Below, piece after piece: positions 17,463 through 28,053 of a stretch of DNA of 64,000 nt. Each line of letters begins with the position of its first letter. The stretch's first letter is position 1. Below the pieces are notes generated by a model. The model was not told where the DNA came from. It saw only the letters and a program-made list of their open reading frames with translations, and made no database searches. The stretch is taken from NCBI GenBank assembly GCA_040384725.1, contig JAZKIS010000009.1, forward strand, positions 14,075 through 78,074, in the 5' to 3' direction. This stretch comes from Patescibacteria group bacterium (GTDB taxonomy: Bacteria > Patescibacteriota > Minisyncoccia > Phycocordibacterales > Phycocordibacteraceae). The position numbers and the translations under genes are program-made.

Positions 17463-17591
17463 GCCTAAGGTATACCATGCTCGGTACAGCGTTTTCTTCC
17501 CCTACTATGCCTTCATGAGGCCTTAATGCGCAGCATGTAATTGTACGGGGATGCGGCCGGGCCGCTTATTCCCTTTATACTCCAGAACATT

Positions 17592-18362
17592 ATGATGAAA
17601 TTATTCAGTCTCGCGCTTCTTTTTAGTCTTGTCGTAGTTGCTGGCAGCGCACAGGCCCAAATACTCAATACCAACGGCAGCGCGAGCGTAAACGGCAGTG
17701 CATCAACCGGAAACGATGATACGAGCGTATCAGCGGATGCCGATACAACAGTTGACGCAAACGTCGACGCTGACACAACGAATGATTCCGATAGCACCAC
17801 TGCCACTGAAGGAGATGCTTCAGTATCCGGAAACGCAATGAGTGATTCCGGCATTGGATTCAACATCCTCCGCAGCGAGATGGATGAGAATACCGACTAT
17901 GCGGTAACGAAGGCAGACTCTGTACGCACGTCCGCAAGCCTCGAGTCCTATGCGGCTGCAACGGTCCGCGCTGATGAGCGTCTTGATTCGGTCGAGATGA
18001 ATAGCGGGCAGATGGACATGGAGTATCGCAAGCCCGCGAAGTTCCTTTGGATCTTTCCGGCAAGCCTCAAGGCGCACGTGACGGTTGATCAGGAGGGGGA
18101 GGTTACGGCGCGCTACCCATGGTACTCGTTCCTGTTCTCAACCGATGAGACGCGCTCGGCGCTTGAAGCTGAGATCCGTGACGAGGTCGAAGCCATCGAT
18201 GATTCTGCACAGGTGACAGCGAGCGCAGAGGTCTCAGGAACCGCCTCGACGGGCGTACAGGGAGATCCTGTGATTCGTCGCTGGGCACGTATTATCGAAG
18301 CGGCCTATATTGCAGTCTCCGGTGATGCACGCGTTGATGCGAGTGCACAGGCATCGTCATAA
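17592..18362 (+). CDS. Secreted hypothetical protein with low-complexity Asp/Thr/Ser-rich region
   Basis: Signal peptide MMKLFSLALLFSLVVVAGSAQA. The ORF is open from 17541. Confidence 0.5.
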   Translation: MMKLFSLALLFSLVVVAGSAQAQILNTNGSASVNGSASTGNDDTSVSADADTTVDANVDADTTNDSDSTTATEGDASVSGNAMSDSGIGFNILRSEMDENTDYAVTKADSVRTSASLESYAAATVRADERLDSVEMNSGQMDMEYRKPAKFLWIFPASLKAHVTVDQEGEVTARYPWYSFLFSTDETRSALEAEIRDEVEAIDDSAQVTASAEVSGTASTGVQGDPVIRRWARIIEAAYIAVSGDARVDASAQASS

Positions 18363-18378
18363 GACAGCTATAAGAAAA

Positions 18379-18407
18379 AGGCCCGCAACCATGCGGGCCT
18401 TTTTCTT
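18379..18407. terminator. Bidirectional terminator between convergent secreted-protein gene and RND permease gene
   Basis: aggcccgca-acca-tgcgggcct followed by ttttt. Confidence 0.6.
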
Positions 18408-21400
18408 ATATACGTTCGTACCGCTCCTTCACGGCCTTGCCTGGCCAACGATGGTAGAGAACGGGCACGAGAACGAGCGTGAGGATCATGGACCACGCGA
18501 GTCCGAACATGATAGAGAACGCGAGAGGCCCCCACATGCCGGCGGCTAAGGAAAGCGGCACCATACCGACGACGGTCGTAATGGTCGTAAGTACGATCGG
18601 ACGGAAGCGCGACGAGGATGCCTCGACCACGACGTCGGTGAGGCTCTTGTCGCCATGCTCCTTGCCGATACGCGCGATGGAATCCATGAGGATGATCGCA
18701 TGGTTTATGATCACGCCGGCTAGCGCGATAACGCCGAGCATCGAAGGGAAGGAAAGCGGCGAACCGGTGAGCATGAGCCCGAAGAACACGCCTACTAACG
18801 AAAGCGGGATGATTGAAAGCAGGTAGAGCGAGTGGCGGAACGAGTTGAACTCGAGCACGAGGATCGCGAGCATGAGCGCTGCGCCTGCGAGAAGCGCGAT
18901 ACCCATCTCGGCGAACGACTGGTTCACGTCCTCGCTCTCGCCACCGATCTGTAGCGTGACGCCTGGAGGCAGCGTGACGTCTTCCATGCGCTTCTCGAAG
19001 TCAGAGGCTATCTGGATTGGGTTGCCGCCCTTGGCCGCATCCGCCGTGAGGGTCGCTATACGCGTGCCGTCTTCATGGTGGATAGAGGCGTTTGCGGGCT
19101 CGTACGTAATGGTCGCGATCGTCGAGAGCGGCACCGGTCCGTTCCGGCCCTGTACCGAGAGGCCTCGCACGGCGTCAATGGTGGCATTCGCGGTCTCCGA
19201 GGGGTCGCGATAGCTCGGATTAAGGTCGAGCTTCGTACGCACTTCAATATCGGTGGCGCCCTCGCGGATATCGGTCGCTTTCACGCCGAAGAGTGCGCTG
19301 CGGAGCGTATCGGCAACCGCGAGCGGCGATACGCCGAGCTCGGCAGCGCGTGCTGAGTCGAGACGAACGACGAACTCAGCGCCATCGTCCTTCATGGAGG
19401 TTTCGATGTTCGTGGTGCCAGAGACTTCTGAGAGTACGCGTGCGCCCTGATCGACGGCAGTGCCAAGATCTGCAAGATCATCCCCGACGAAGGTGGCGGA
19501 GATAGCGGCTCCGGTCGGCGGGCCTCCTGCAGGCTCCGAAACGGTAATGCGCGCTGATGCGATGTCGGCGAGTTCCTTGCGAAGGCTCGTGACTATCTCA
19601 GCGCTCGATTCCTCACGGCCTTCCGCGAGATTCACGGTTATGTTGCCGATGTTGCTGCCAGAGGCGCCGGTGCCGCTGAATGCGCTACCAACCCCTACGT
19701 CAGAGACGAACGACTCGATACGGTCGTCGCCATAGAGCATCTCCTCGACCTCGCGCACGGCAAGGTCGGTATCGGTGAGCGCCGAGCCGAGCGGCTTCTC
19801 GATCTCTACATAGATGAAATCCATATCCTCGGCAGGGAAGAACACTACCTTCACGAGTCCGGTGATAGGAAGGAGGAGCGAGAGCACGAAGAGGCCGATC
19901 ATGGTCCACAGGAAGCGATTCTCCTTCTTCCGGTCTCCGAGGATCCGGCGAAGGTACCCCTCGTACCATGCTTTCGCGCGCTCGTTGTACTCTTCCTGGA
20001 TCTTCTCGATGCGCGACGGCTCTTTGCGGATGATGAATATCGCTAAGAGGGGAACGAGGCCGAGGGCGACGAAGATCGACGCGAGGAGCACGAAGATAAC
20101 CGTGAACGGGATCGATGCGATGAACTTGCCGACGATGCCTGAGAGGAAGAAGAGCGGGATGAATACCGCGACGGTAGTGAGCGTTCCGGCGATGAGCGGC
20201 CACGCGTATTCCTTGATCGCGAGGATAGCGGCCTCGCGCTTTCCAGCTGTCTTTGCGAGACGGGTATGGATCGCCTCGACCACCACGATGCCTGAGTCGA
20301 CGAGGATACCGATCGCGAGGATGAGAGAGAAGAGCGATATGAAATTGATGGTGTTCCCGGACGCAGCGAGGCCGATGAAGGCGATCAGGAACGAGAGAGG
20401 GATCGACGCGGCAGCGATAAGGGATTCGCGCCATCCGAGGGTGAGGAGCAGAAGAATCATAACGAGCACGATCGTCTCGAGGCCGACGCGCGAGAGCTCG
20501 ACGAGGTCATGCTCGATGTCCTCCGCAGCGTCGTACGTGATGACGGTCTTAGTGCCTGAGAGCGATCCTGCCTCGAGTTCCTTGAGCGTCTCTTTCACGT
20601 CGCTTCCGGTCTCGAGAATGTTGCCGCCGCGGCTTTTGAATATTGAAAGGGTAAGCGCGGGGGTGGATGGCTCGCTTTCGACAGAAACGCGCGAGAACGT
20701 CGACGCGTCTGCTAACCCGTCCACGACGTCCGCGACGTCACCGATACGTATCGAGCTGCCGCCAGGGCCTGCAAGGGCGATGGCCCGTACCTGATCGGTC
20801 TCCGTGAGGCCTGCCTCAAGGCGAACCGCGTAGCGGATGCCGTCTACCGTGATGCTGCCGGCAGGAGACGCGACGCCCGACGCGCGGAGCGCGTTCGTAA
20901 CGTCGCTCATGGAAAGCCCGTACTGACGGAGCTTCGCCTGCTCGACGATTACCTGCACCTGACGCTCACGGACACCAGAAAGGGACACGGAGGAAACGCC
21001 GCGAACGCGCTCGAGCTCATCCTTCACCTCTTCGCCGAGTGCCGTGAGTTCTGCGGGAGCTAGCTCGCCCGCGATTGAGAGGATAAGGATCGGCTGATCC
21101 GCGAAGTTGATATCGCTCACGATCGGATCGTTCGCTTCCTCAGGAAGCTCAGGACGGACGGTATCTACCTCGTCCTTAAGAAGCTGTATCGACTTGTCGA
21201 GGTCGGCATTCGCCGTGAACTCGACGGTGACGGACGAGACGCCGTCCCCTGAGCTCGAGGTAACCTTCGAGACGTTCTCGATGCCAATAACGCGGTCCTC
21301 GATCTTGTCCGTGATGAGCGACTCGACGTCTTCAGCGGAAGCGCCCGGAAGCACGGTAGTAACGATACCCATCGGGATCTGGACCTCAGGAGCCGATTCC

Positions 21401-21504
21401 TTCGGGATAACCATAACGGCGTAGAAGCCGCCAAGAATAAGCACGATCGAAAGAAGGATCGTGAAATGATGCTTGTCGATGAAGAACGTCCAGAATTTCG
21501 CCAT
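18406..21504 (-). CDS. RND-family efflux transporter permease (AcrB/AcrD/AcrF-like)
   Basis: 1032 aa with 12-TM architecture and two large periplasmic loops. N-terminus MAKFWTFFIDKHHFTILLSIVLILGG. Confidence 0.95.
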   Translation of the reverse strand: MAKFWTFFIDKHHFTILLSIVLILGGFYAVMVIPKESAPEVQIPMGIVTTVLPGASAEDVESLITDKIEDRVIGIENVSKVTSSSGDGVSSVTVEFTANADLDKSIQLLKDEVDTVRPELPEEANDPIVSDINFADQPILILSIAGELAPAELTALGEEVKDELERVRGVSSVSLSGVRERQVQVIVEQAKLRQYGLSMSDVTNALRASGVASPAGSITVDGIRYAVRLEAGLTETDQVRAIALAGPGGSSIRIGDVADVVDGLADASTFSRVSVESEPSTPALTLSIFKSRGGNILETGSDVKETLKELEAGSLSGTKTVITYDAAEDIEHDLVELSRVGLETIVLVMILLLLTLGWRESLIAAASIPLSFLIAFIGLAASGNTINFISLFSLILAIGILVDSGIVVVEAIHTRLAKTAGKREAAILAIKEYAWPLIAGTLTTVAVFIPLFFLSGIVGKFIASIPFTVIFVLLASIFVALGLVPLLAIFIIRKEPSRIEKIQEEYNERAKAWYEGYLRRILGDRKKENRFLWTMIGLFVLSLLLPITGLVKVVFFPAEDMDFIYVEIEKPLGSALTDTDLAVREVEEMLYGDDRIESFVSDVGVGSAFSGTGASGSNIGNITVNLAEGREESSAEIVTSLRKELADIASARITVSEPAGGPPTGAAISATFVGDDLADLGTAVDQGARVLSEVSGTTNIETSMKDDGAEFVVRLDSARAAELGVSPLAVADTLRSALFGVKATDIREGATDIEVRTKLDLNPSYRDPSETANATIDAVRGLSVQGRNGPVPLSTIATITYEPANASIHHEDGTRIATLTADAAKGGNPIQIASDFEKRMEDVTLPPGVTLQIGGESEDVNQSFAEMGIALLAGAALMLAILVLEFNSFRHSLYLLSIIPLSLVGVFFGLMLTGSPLSFPSMLGVIALAGVIINHAIILMDSIARIGKEHGDKSLTDVVVEASSSRFRPIVLTTITTVVGMVPLSLAAGMWGPLAFSIMFGLAWSMILTLVLVPVLYHRWPGKAVKERYERI

Positions 21505-21510
21505 ACTGGG

Positions 21511-23064
21511 TTATCGAGCGTCAGCGGCAGATGCCACTTGTACCTGCTCGCCTTCGGAAAGCCCGCGGGCATCCGCCACGATGCGAAGTTCTTTCGGAAG
21601 CATGGTCTTTATCTCGATGCGATCGCCACGGACCTCGCCGACCTCGACGGCGTTCGCCACGAGACGATTATCCTCGCCGACCGAGAAGACGATACGATCT
21701 CCGGCGCGGAGCTTCACGCTCGCGAGCGGGAGAAGGATCGGACCCTCAACCACAACCGTCTCCTCGCGGGGTGCGAGGTCTGGAAGCGCGATATGCACGG
21801 ACTGGCCGTTCACGAGTTCGCTCGTGCCGGTAACCGCCACGTGCACCTCAATCTGCTTTGTCGTGGGATCGAGTGCGGGCGCGACGGAAGTGATGATGCC
21901 TTCATATTTCGTATCAACGATCACGCGGCCACCTGCGACGAGAAGGTCGCGGTTATCTTCAGAGACGTATGCCACGATCTCGAGCGCGCCGTTCTGCGCG
22001 ACGGTGGCTACGTGCTGGAGACCGGTCACGTAATCGCCAACGCGGATCGGCAGGAAGTTAACCTGGCCGCCGATCGGTGCGCGAACGAAGGTCTTCTCGA
22101 GTGCCGCCTGTGCTCCGCGGAGGCTTCCGAGCGCCTGCTTGATCGACGCGTCGGCGCCTGCGGTCACGGATACGGTGCTCGTGCGCAGCGTTGCGCGCGC
22201 GGAAGCGATTGAGGAAAGGATTCCGTTGACATCGGTACGTGCCGAAGCGAGCGCCGCGGTCTGTGCTGCCGTTACGCGCGAGTCACGCATGTTGGCTGCG
22301 TTCGCGAGCTGGTTCACGAAGGTCTGCACCTGCCGTGTCACGGATTCCGCTTCGTCTAGAAGCGCCTGCGGGCTTCGAGAGTTCGCCATCGCGAGATTCG
22401 CCTCGAAACCTGCCATGAGCGTATTGATACGCGTCCGTTCTCGAGACAATCGGTTCGCCTCCTCGTATCCAGGATAAATAAGAAGCTTAGGGCCGGTTGC
22501 CGTCGGTTCGCCGAAGAACGTGTCGACGTCGTTCTCGAGCGTGGTGTCGAGCGTGGTGAAGGCGGTGCGGTACGCGTCACGCGCCGATTCCTGGGTGTCC
22601 GGAAGAGACTGCGCGCTGCGCGCTGCAACCGCGGCGTCATACGCGCCTTCCGCCTGCAGGACAACCGCGCGTTCCGCAGCATTCTCGAGCTCGGCGAGTA
22701 TGAACCCTGCCGGTACGTTCGCGCCAAGACGGGTGCGTACGCTCCGCACGGTCCCGCCGTTCTGCGCGAGGATGTTCGCTTCGGTAACGGAGCGAACGGT
22801 ACCGATGAGGTCAACGCTGCCGCCGGTACCGGAGAGCTCCCCGACGGATGCAAGTGTGACGATGCGGCCGCTTGCCGCTTCCTCCTCATCTGCGCCACCG
22901 TTCAGAAGCATGAAGCCTCCTATAAGGAGCGCGAGAAGCACGAGTGCACCGACAATCTGCTGCCAGCGGGGAAGAGCACGGTACCGCTTCCAGATAGCGC
23001 GACTGCGCGTTGGAAGAGAGCTTATAAAGGGACGCACGCGGGAGAGTAACGAAGTGAAAGACAT
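21511..23064 (-). CDS. RND efflux periplasmic adaptor (membrane fusion protein, HlyD-like)
   Basis: N-terminal TM, a long coiled-coil/alpha-hairpin, and beta-barrel and MP domains (..ATVAQNGALEIVAYVSE..). Lies immediately upstream of the RND permease. Confidence 0.85.
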   Translation of the reverse strand: MSFTSLLSRVRPFISSLPTRSRAIWKRYRALPRWQQIVGALVLLALLIGGFMLLNGGADEEEAASGRIVTLASVGELSGTGGSVDLIGTVRSVTEANILAQNGGTVRSVRTRLGANVPAGFILAELENAAERAVVLQAEGAYDAAVAARSAQSLPDTQESARDAYRTAFTTLDTTLENDVDTFFGEPTATGPKLLIYPGYEEANRLSRERTRINTLMAGFEANLAMANSRSPQALLDEAESVTRQVQTFVNQLANAANMRDSRVTAAQTAALASARTDVNGILSSIASARATLRTSTVSVTAGADASIKQALGSLRGAQAALEKTFVRAPIGGQVNFLPIRVGDYVTGLQHVATVAQNGALEIVAYVSEDNRDLLVAGGRVIVDTKYEGIITSVAPALDPTTKQIEVHVAVTGTSELVNGQSVHIALPDLAPREETVVVEGPILLPLASVKLRAGDRIVFSVGEDNRLVANAVEVGEVRGDRIEIKTMLPKELRIVADARGLSEGEQVQVASAADAR

Positions 23065-23142
23065 ACGATTATATTATAACATAGATGAAGCCCTGTCAAT
23101 TAAGGATGTGGCGTAGTTATTAATCAGAATCACGTCTCGGAG

Positions 23143-23997
23143 GTGCGCAGGGAGAAATGGTATCCTAGTCCTATGAAGATCCACGACCACGTCTCATCCC
23201 ATCACTCGTTCATGTATCTCTGGATCGTCGGTGCGGTCTTTGTTCTCGGCGGTCTCGTCTATTCCTATATGGGTTCGCATCCAGCGGGCATCATCGATGG
23301 CTCGCATGAGGGAGATGTGCGCACGACGGTCGCGCAATTTGGCAACCAGCTGAATTCTGTGTCGCTCCTGTCTCCGACAGCCGCAGAGGAGATCAGAAGC
23401 TCATATGGCCCGTACGTCGCTCCGGACCTTCTTGCGATGTGGATACAGGACCCCTCTACCGCGCCAGGCCGTGCAACCTCAAGTCCGTGGCCAGACCATA
23501 TAGAGGTAGATACCGTGGTGAAGAATGAGAGCGACTCCTATGACGTTATGGGACGCATCATCCTTAAGACGAGTACCGAGGACGCAGGGATCGTTCCAGT
23601 ATCGCTTACGGTTTCAAACGTAGACGGCAGCTACCTCATCACGCGCTACGAAGAGAATCCGCGCGCTGAAGAAGAAGTGGCGACGTCAACGACGGTGACG
23701 GCGGCACTCAACGAGTCCGTATCTGCGTTCGGCGTCACGATAACCCCGTTCTCGATCGAAGAGGATAGCCGCTGCCCAATGGACGTGACATGCATCCAGG
23801 CCGGACAGGTTCGCCTTATGGTTATGACCGTCGACGGTATAGGTACGAGCACTATGCCGATTACGCTCGGAGCAGAGAAGCCGATCACAACCGAGGTCGC
23901 GTCCGTATGGCTCACGGACGTCCTTCCTATAAAGGTGTCGACAACGTCTACTGAAGACGCAGAGTATCGATTTACTTTCCGGGTCGATCGCCGCTAG
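23143..23997 (+). CDS. Hypothetical membrane-anchored extracytoplasmic protein
   Basis: N-terminal TM helix. An alternative start at 23173 is possible. No family recognised. Confidence 0.45.
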   Translation: MRREKWYPSPMKIHDHVSSHHSFMYLWIVGAVFVLGGLVYSYMGSHPAGIIDGSHEGDVRTTVAQFGNQLNSVSLLSPTAAEEIRSSYGPYVAPDLLAMWIQDPSTAPGRATSSPWPDHIEVDTVVKNESDSYDVMGRIILKTSTEDAGIVPVSLTVSNVDGSYLITRYEENPRAEEEVATSTTVTAALNESVSAFGVTITPFSIEEDSRCPMDVTCIQAGQVRLMVMTVDGIGTSTMPITLGAEKPITTEVASVWLTDVLPIKVSTTSTEDAEYRFTFRVDRR

Positions 23998-24761
23998 TGA
24001 TGAAGGTCGTCTCACTCAATACGTGGGGAGGTAAGGCAGGTACTGAAGGTATTCTTACGTTCCTCAAGAAGTATGGAGATGTGGATGTCTTCTGCCTCCA
24101 GGAGATCTTTAATGGGGGAGAAGAATTCCGCGGCATGCCGGCGGCGCGATTCGCGCTCGATACATTCGATCCCCGACTACTCGAGCGCATTGCCGAGGCG
24201 CTTCCCAATCATATCTACCACTTCAAACCGCATTTTGAAGAAGTTTTTGGACTCGCTCTATTCGTGCGGAAGGATCATGCAATTGAAACTGAGGGTGAAG
24301 TGAGTATCTATCGACACAAAGGATATTACTCTGCAGATAACATCGGTGATCAGCATAGAATCATGCAGTATGCCTCACTTGCTGACCCAGCTTGTACCGT
24401 TATGAATGTGCACGGTCTCTGGAATGGTCAGGGAAAACGAGATTCCGATCATCGACTTGCACAGTCAGACAATATACTCGCGTATACGAATGCACTTACG
24501 CAACCTTACGTATTGCTCGGAGATTTTAACTTGCGTCCTGAGACAGAAAGTATACGCAAGCTCGAAGCTGCGGGCATGAGAAATCTCGTTACTGAATACG
24601 GTATCGTATCGACACGGACCAGCCTGTACGATTCGCTAGCGGAAGAGCCCCATGCCGATTACGCGTTTGTGAGCGAAGGCATAGACGTCAAGGATTTTAA
24701 AGTGCTCCCTGACGAGATATCGGATCACGCGGCGCTCTATCTTGAATTTGATCTCCCATGA
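23997..24761 (+). CDS. Endonuclease/exonuclease/phosphatase (EEP) family protein
   Basis: VVSLNTWGG...LGDFN...ISDHAALY motifs. Four-nt overlap with the downstream helicase gene. Confidence 0.7.
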   Translation: MMKVVSLNTWGGKAGTEGILTFLKKYGDVDVFCLQEIFNGGEEFRGMPAARFALDTFDPRLLERIAEALPNHIYHFKPHFEEVFGLALFVRKDHAIETEGEVSIYRHKGYYSADNIGDQHRIMQYASLADPACTVMNVHGLWNGQGKRDSDHRLAQSDNILAYTNALTQPYVLLGDFNLRPETESIRKLEAAGMRNLVTEYGIVSTRTSLYDSLAEEPHADYAFVSEGIDVKDFKVLPDEISDHAALYLEFDLP

Positions 24762-26425
24762 CTCAATCCGAAGCACTTTCAATATTACGCACAGGAGCGA
24801 ACGTCTTCCTTACCGGAGAGCCCGGAAGCGGGAAGACGCATACCGTTAACGCGTATATCGCGTGGCTGCGCTCGCATGGCATCGAGCCATCCATAACCGC
24901 ATCGACCGGCATCGCTGCGACGCACGTCGGCGGTATGACGCTGCATGCGTGGAGCGGCATCGGCATTGCGGACCGCATGACGCCGGAACTCCTTGATACG
25001 ATCGCGAACAAGGAACATGTGGCGAAGCGTCTACAGAAAGCGAAAGTACTCATCATCGACGAGGTATCGATGCTTTCGGCGAACGTGCTCTCTATGGTGG
25101 ATGAGGTGGTGCGCGAAGTGCGGCATGAGCCTGATCTCGCATTCGGCGGGCTGCAGGTGGTGCTTGTCGGTGACTTCTTCCAGCTGCCGCCCGTATCGCG
25201 TTCAAAAGTAGAGTTCGCATTCGAGTCGCCAGTCTGGGGAAAACTTAATCCTCTCGTCTGCTATCTAACCGAGCAGCATCGCCAGGATGACGGGCAGTTC
25301 CTTTCCGTTCTCGGTGCCATTCGCGCGGGTGACTGGGATCATACGCACGTGTCGCTCATAACCGCACGTGAAGCCGAGTACGACAGTATCGAAGAAGGTG
25401 TGCCGCAGCTGTTTACACATAACGCAGACGTCGATCGCATAAACAGCGAGCAGCTCGGGAAGCTTCCAGGAAGCTCAAAGACCTTCGCCATGTCAGCTTC
25501 TGGCTCGGCAGCGCTCGCCGAGGCCTTGAAGCGCGGCTGCCTTTCACCGGAGACTCTGTTGCTTAAAGAAGGGGCGGTCGTTATGGCAACCAAGAACAAT
25601 CCTGTTGCAGGCTATGCGAACGGCACGCTCGGTATTGTTATCGGCTTCGAACGCGGAACGAACAATCCGATCGTCGAGACGCGCGACGGCAGGGAACTAA
25701 CCATCGCCCCTGCAGAGTGGGCGGTTGAAGAGGCTGGAAAGGTTAAGGCGAAATTAACGCAGATACCGCTCAAGCTCGCCTGGGCCATCACGATCCATAA
25801 GAGCCAGGGACAGAGCCTCGATGCGGCCGCAATGGACCTTTCGCGATCCTTTGAATACGGACAGGGATACGTTGCGCTCTCGCGCGTACGAAGCCTTGCG
25901 GGCGTGCATCTTCTCGGCTGGAGCGAGAACGCGCTTATGGTGCACCCGCAGGTAGCGGCGCTCGATAAGGAACTCCGAGCGTCTTCTGAGGCTGCGGCGC
26001 GCGCCTTCGAGGCGCTCGACCAGACGAATGAGCGCGAAGTGCTCGAACAGAATTTCATAAAGGCCTGCGGCGGTTCCCTGGAAGCGGCAGCGCCCGGCGA
26101 GCGCCCGGAGAAGCGCACGACCTTTGACGAGACGTTCGTTCTCCTTGAAGAAGGGAAATCGCTTGCGGATATCGCGAAGGCGCGGAAGCTTACGCTCGGC
26201 ACTATCGCGGACCATGTAACGAAGCTCGTGTCCGGAGGACGCATAACAAGAGAGCTCGTCGAGGCTCGTATCCCTCAGCGACTCAAAGGAGCGCTCCCGT
26301 CTATCTACAAGGCGTTCGACGCAAACGGTACCGAGAAGCTTACGCCGGTCCACGCGTTCCTTAAGGCACGCTATTCCTTCGACGAGCTGAAGCTCGCGCG
26401 TATTCTTTACACAGACGACGCGTAG
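24758..26425 (+). CDS. Pif1/RecD-like ATP-dependent DNA helicase with C-terminal HTH region
   Basis: Walker A GEPGSGKT, Walker B LIIDEVSM, and helicase motifs (..QLPPV.., ..TIHKSQG..). Confidence 0.8.
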   Translation: MTQSEALSILRTGANVFLTGEPGSGKTHTVNAYIAWLRSHGIEPSITASTGIAATHVGGMTLHAWSGIGIADRMTPELLDTIANKEHVAKRLQKAKVLIIDEVSMLSANVLSMVDEVVREVRHEPDLAFGGLQVVLVGDFFQLPPVSRSKVEFAFESPVWGKLNPLVCYLTEQHRQDDGQFLSVLGAIRAGDWDHTHVSLITAREAEYDSIEEGVPQLFTHNADVDRINSEQLGKLPGSSKTFAMSASGSAALAEALKRGCLSPETLLLKEGAVVMATKNNPVAGYANGTLGIVIGFERGTNNPIVETRDGRELTIAPAEWAVEEAGKVKAKLTQIPLKLAWAITIHKSQGQSLDAAAMDLSRSFEYGQGYVALSRVRSLAGVHLLGWSENALMVHPQVAALDKELRASSEAAARAFEALDQTNEREVLEQNFIKACGGSLEAAAPGERPEKRTTFDETFVLLEEGKSLADIAKARKLTLGTIADHVTKLVSGGRITRELVEARIPQRLKGALPSIYKAFDANGTEKLTPVHAFLKARYSFDELKLARILYTDDA

Positions 26426-26449
26426 AGGGGTAAGGTACAATAATCCTCC

Positions 26450-27466
26450 ATGCAGTCATCGTTCCTTGAGACCTTACGTGCGCGTCGTCCCTCGAGACGT
26501 CACCTCATCGCAATCGGTATCTCAGGACTCGTTTTTCTCTTTTGTTTTGTACTGCTCTATGCGCGGTATTTCGGGCCGGTGACTCCGGCAACGGTACCCG
26601 CGACTGAGTTCATCGTTGCGCCTGACAGCGAGTTCGAAACGATTGCTCAGGAACTCAAGGCAGGTGGCTATATAAAGAGTATGACGGCCTTCCGTGTCGC
26701 GTACGGGACGCGAGGCGGCGTGCGTGAGATCCGCGAAGGCGGATATATGATTTCTCCGTCCATGGACGCATGGACGGTTGGTGAGCTCCTGAGTAGGCCG
26801 CCGTATCTCGCGTGGATCACGTTCCCCCCAGGCTGGCGCAAGGAACAGATCGCAGAACATCTAGCCAAAAAGCTTAATTGGAGCGACGAGCAGAAGACGC
26901 AATTCATTACGGTAGATACCGCACCGACCTTCGAACAGATCGAAGGCGTGTACTTCGGCGACACGTACCTCATCCCGTCGGACCAGGCACCTGCGCAGGT
27001 TGCCGCACGCCTGCGCGATCGCTTCGAGGAAGCGTTCGCGCCGTACGCCGAGCAGACCGTCGAGAAGAACGTAACGTGGACCGAGACCCTTATCATGGCG
27101 TCCCTGATCGAACGCGAAGCGGCGAAGAACGACAAGCACCTCGTCGCGGGAATCCTCTGGAACCGCATCAATGACGGCATGCGCCTGCAGGTGGATGCGA
27201 CGCTTCAGTACATTCGCGGGCAAGAGGGGAACTGGTGGCCGCAGCCCCGTCCCGAGGATAAGGACCTTGAGTCGCCCTTTAATACGTACAGGAATACCGG
27301 TCTCCCGCCGCATCCGATTGCGAATCCTTCTCTCGATTCGATTGAGGCGGCGCTTAATCCTGAAGACACGAATTGTCTCTACTATCTGCATGACGGAGAC
27401 GGACAGATACATTGTTCGGCAAGTTACGCGGGACACCGGGCGAATGTCGATCGGTATCTGCGGTAA
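26450..27466 (+). CDS. mltG: Endolytic murein transglycosylase MltG (YceG-like)
   Basis: N-terminal TM, YceG core (..LIMASLIEREA..., ..NTYRNTGLPP.PIANP..). Confidence 0.85.
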   Translation: MQSSFLETLRARRPSRRHLIAIGISGLVFLFCFVLLYARYFGPVTPATVPATEFIVAPDSEFETIAQELKAGGYIKSMTAFRVAYGTRGGVREIREGGYMISPSMDAWTVGELLSRPPYLAWITFPPGWRKEQIAEHLAKKLNWSDEQKTQFITVDTAPTFEQIEGVYFGDTYLIPSDQAPAQVAARLRDRFEEAFAPYAEQTVEKNVTWTETLIMASLIEREAAKNDKHLVAGILWNRINDGMRLQVDATLQYIRGQEGNWWPQPRPEDKDLESPFNTYRNTGLPPHPIANPSLDSIEAALNPEDTNCLYYLHDGDGQIHCSASYAGHRANVDRYLR

Positions 27467-27532
27467 CGTCCTTTACACGTGCCAGGGTGAGGTATATGGT
27501 CTCCAAGGATACTGTTCGAAAGGGAGGAAATT

Positions 27533-27964
27533 GTGGACCCTATCCATGCCTTATGCGAAGCCGCGGTCGCATCGATCGCCGGTGACGTGAACGAAGGTCT
27601 GATCGGCACCAGGAACGTCGGGCTCCATGTGGTGATCATGCTCGCTGACGAGAACAGAATCGTCTACGAGCAGGGCTTCGGTTCGCATGTCTCGCGCACC
27701 GGCCGTGATTACCGGAGCATCGCCCATGAGAAAGCCGAACTGGCTTTCGAATACCGTCGGTCCTTCAATGAGCTCATGGCCGATGACACGATCCCTGGCC
27801 TGAGCCGTGATCTGCACAACGGCTTCTTCTTCGAAAGCGGCCTCATCGTCGCGATCGCTGGAGCCGGTCACCTCGGCAATGTCGCCTATGGTCGCCGTGT
27901 GCTCAGGATACTTCTCGAAAGCCCGTTGATGCTGCGTGTGCCTGAACAGGCCACTGCTGCATGA
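27533..27964 (+). CDS. Hypothetical protein, possibly GlcG/DUF336-like
   Basis: GTG start preceded by AGGGAGG. Weak resemblance to the heme-binding GlcG family (..IAGAGHLGNV..). Confidence 0.35.
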   Translation: MDPIHALCEAAVASIAGDVNEGLIGTRNVGLHVVIMLADENRIVYEQGFGSHVSRTGRDYRSIAHEKAELAFEYRRSFNELMADDTIPGLSRDLHNGFFFESGLIVAIAGAGHLGNVAYGRRVLRILLESPLMLRVPEQATAA

Positions 27965-27969
27965 ACGAC

Positions 27970-28050
27970 CAGGTCCGTCAGCAACACATGTTGCTGACGG
28001 ACCTGTCTGCTAGACACAGAGAAAGGGGCTTGCCTGGTGGCAAGCCCCTT
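27970..28050. terminator. Two tandem hairpins between convergent genes
   Basis: caggtccgtcagcaac-acat-gttgctgacggacctg (perfect 16 bp) and ggggcttgcc-tggt-ggcaagcccc (perfect 10 bp) followed by tt. Confidence 0.4.
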
Positions 28051-28053
28051 CGC

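Noticed and set aside
18479-23116. Many long plus-strand ORFs (for example 19814..20794, 21466..22212, 22520..23116) lying inside the minus-strand RND permease and adaptor genes.
   Set aside because: These are antisense open frames, as expected in high-GC coding DNA. Their translations are low-complexity (Arg/Ser/Pro-rich). The opposite strand carries unmistakable AcrB/MFP homologues.
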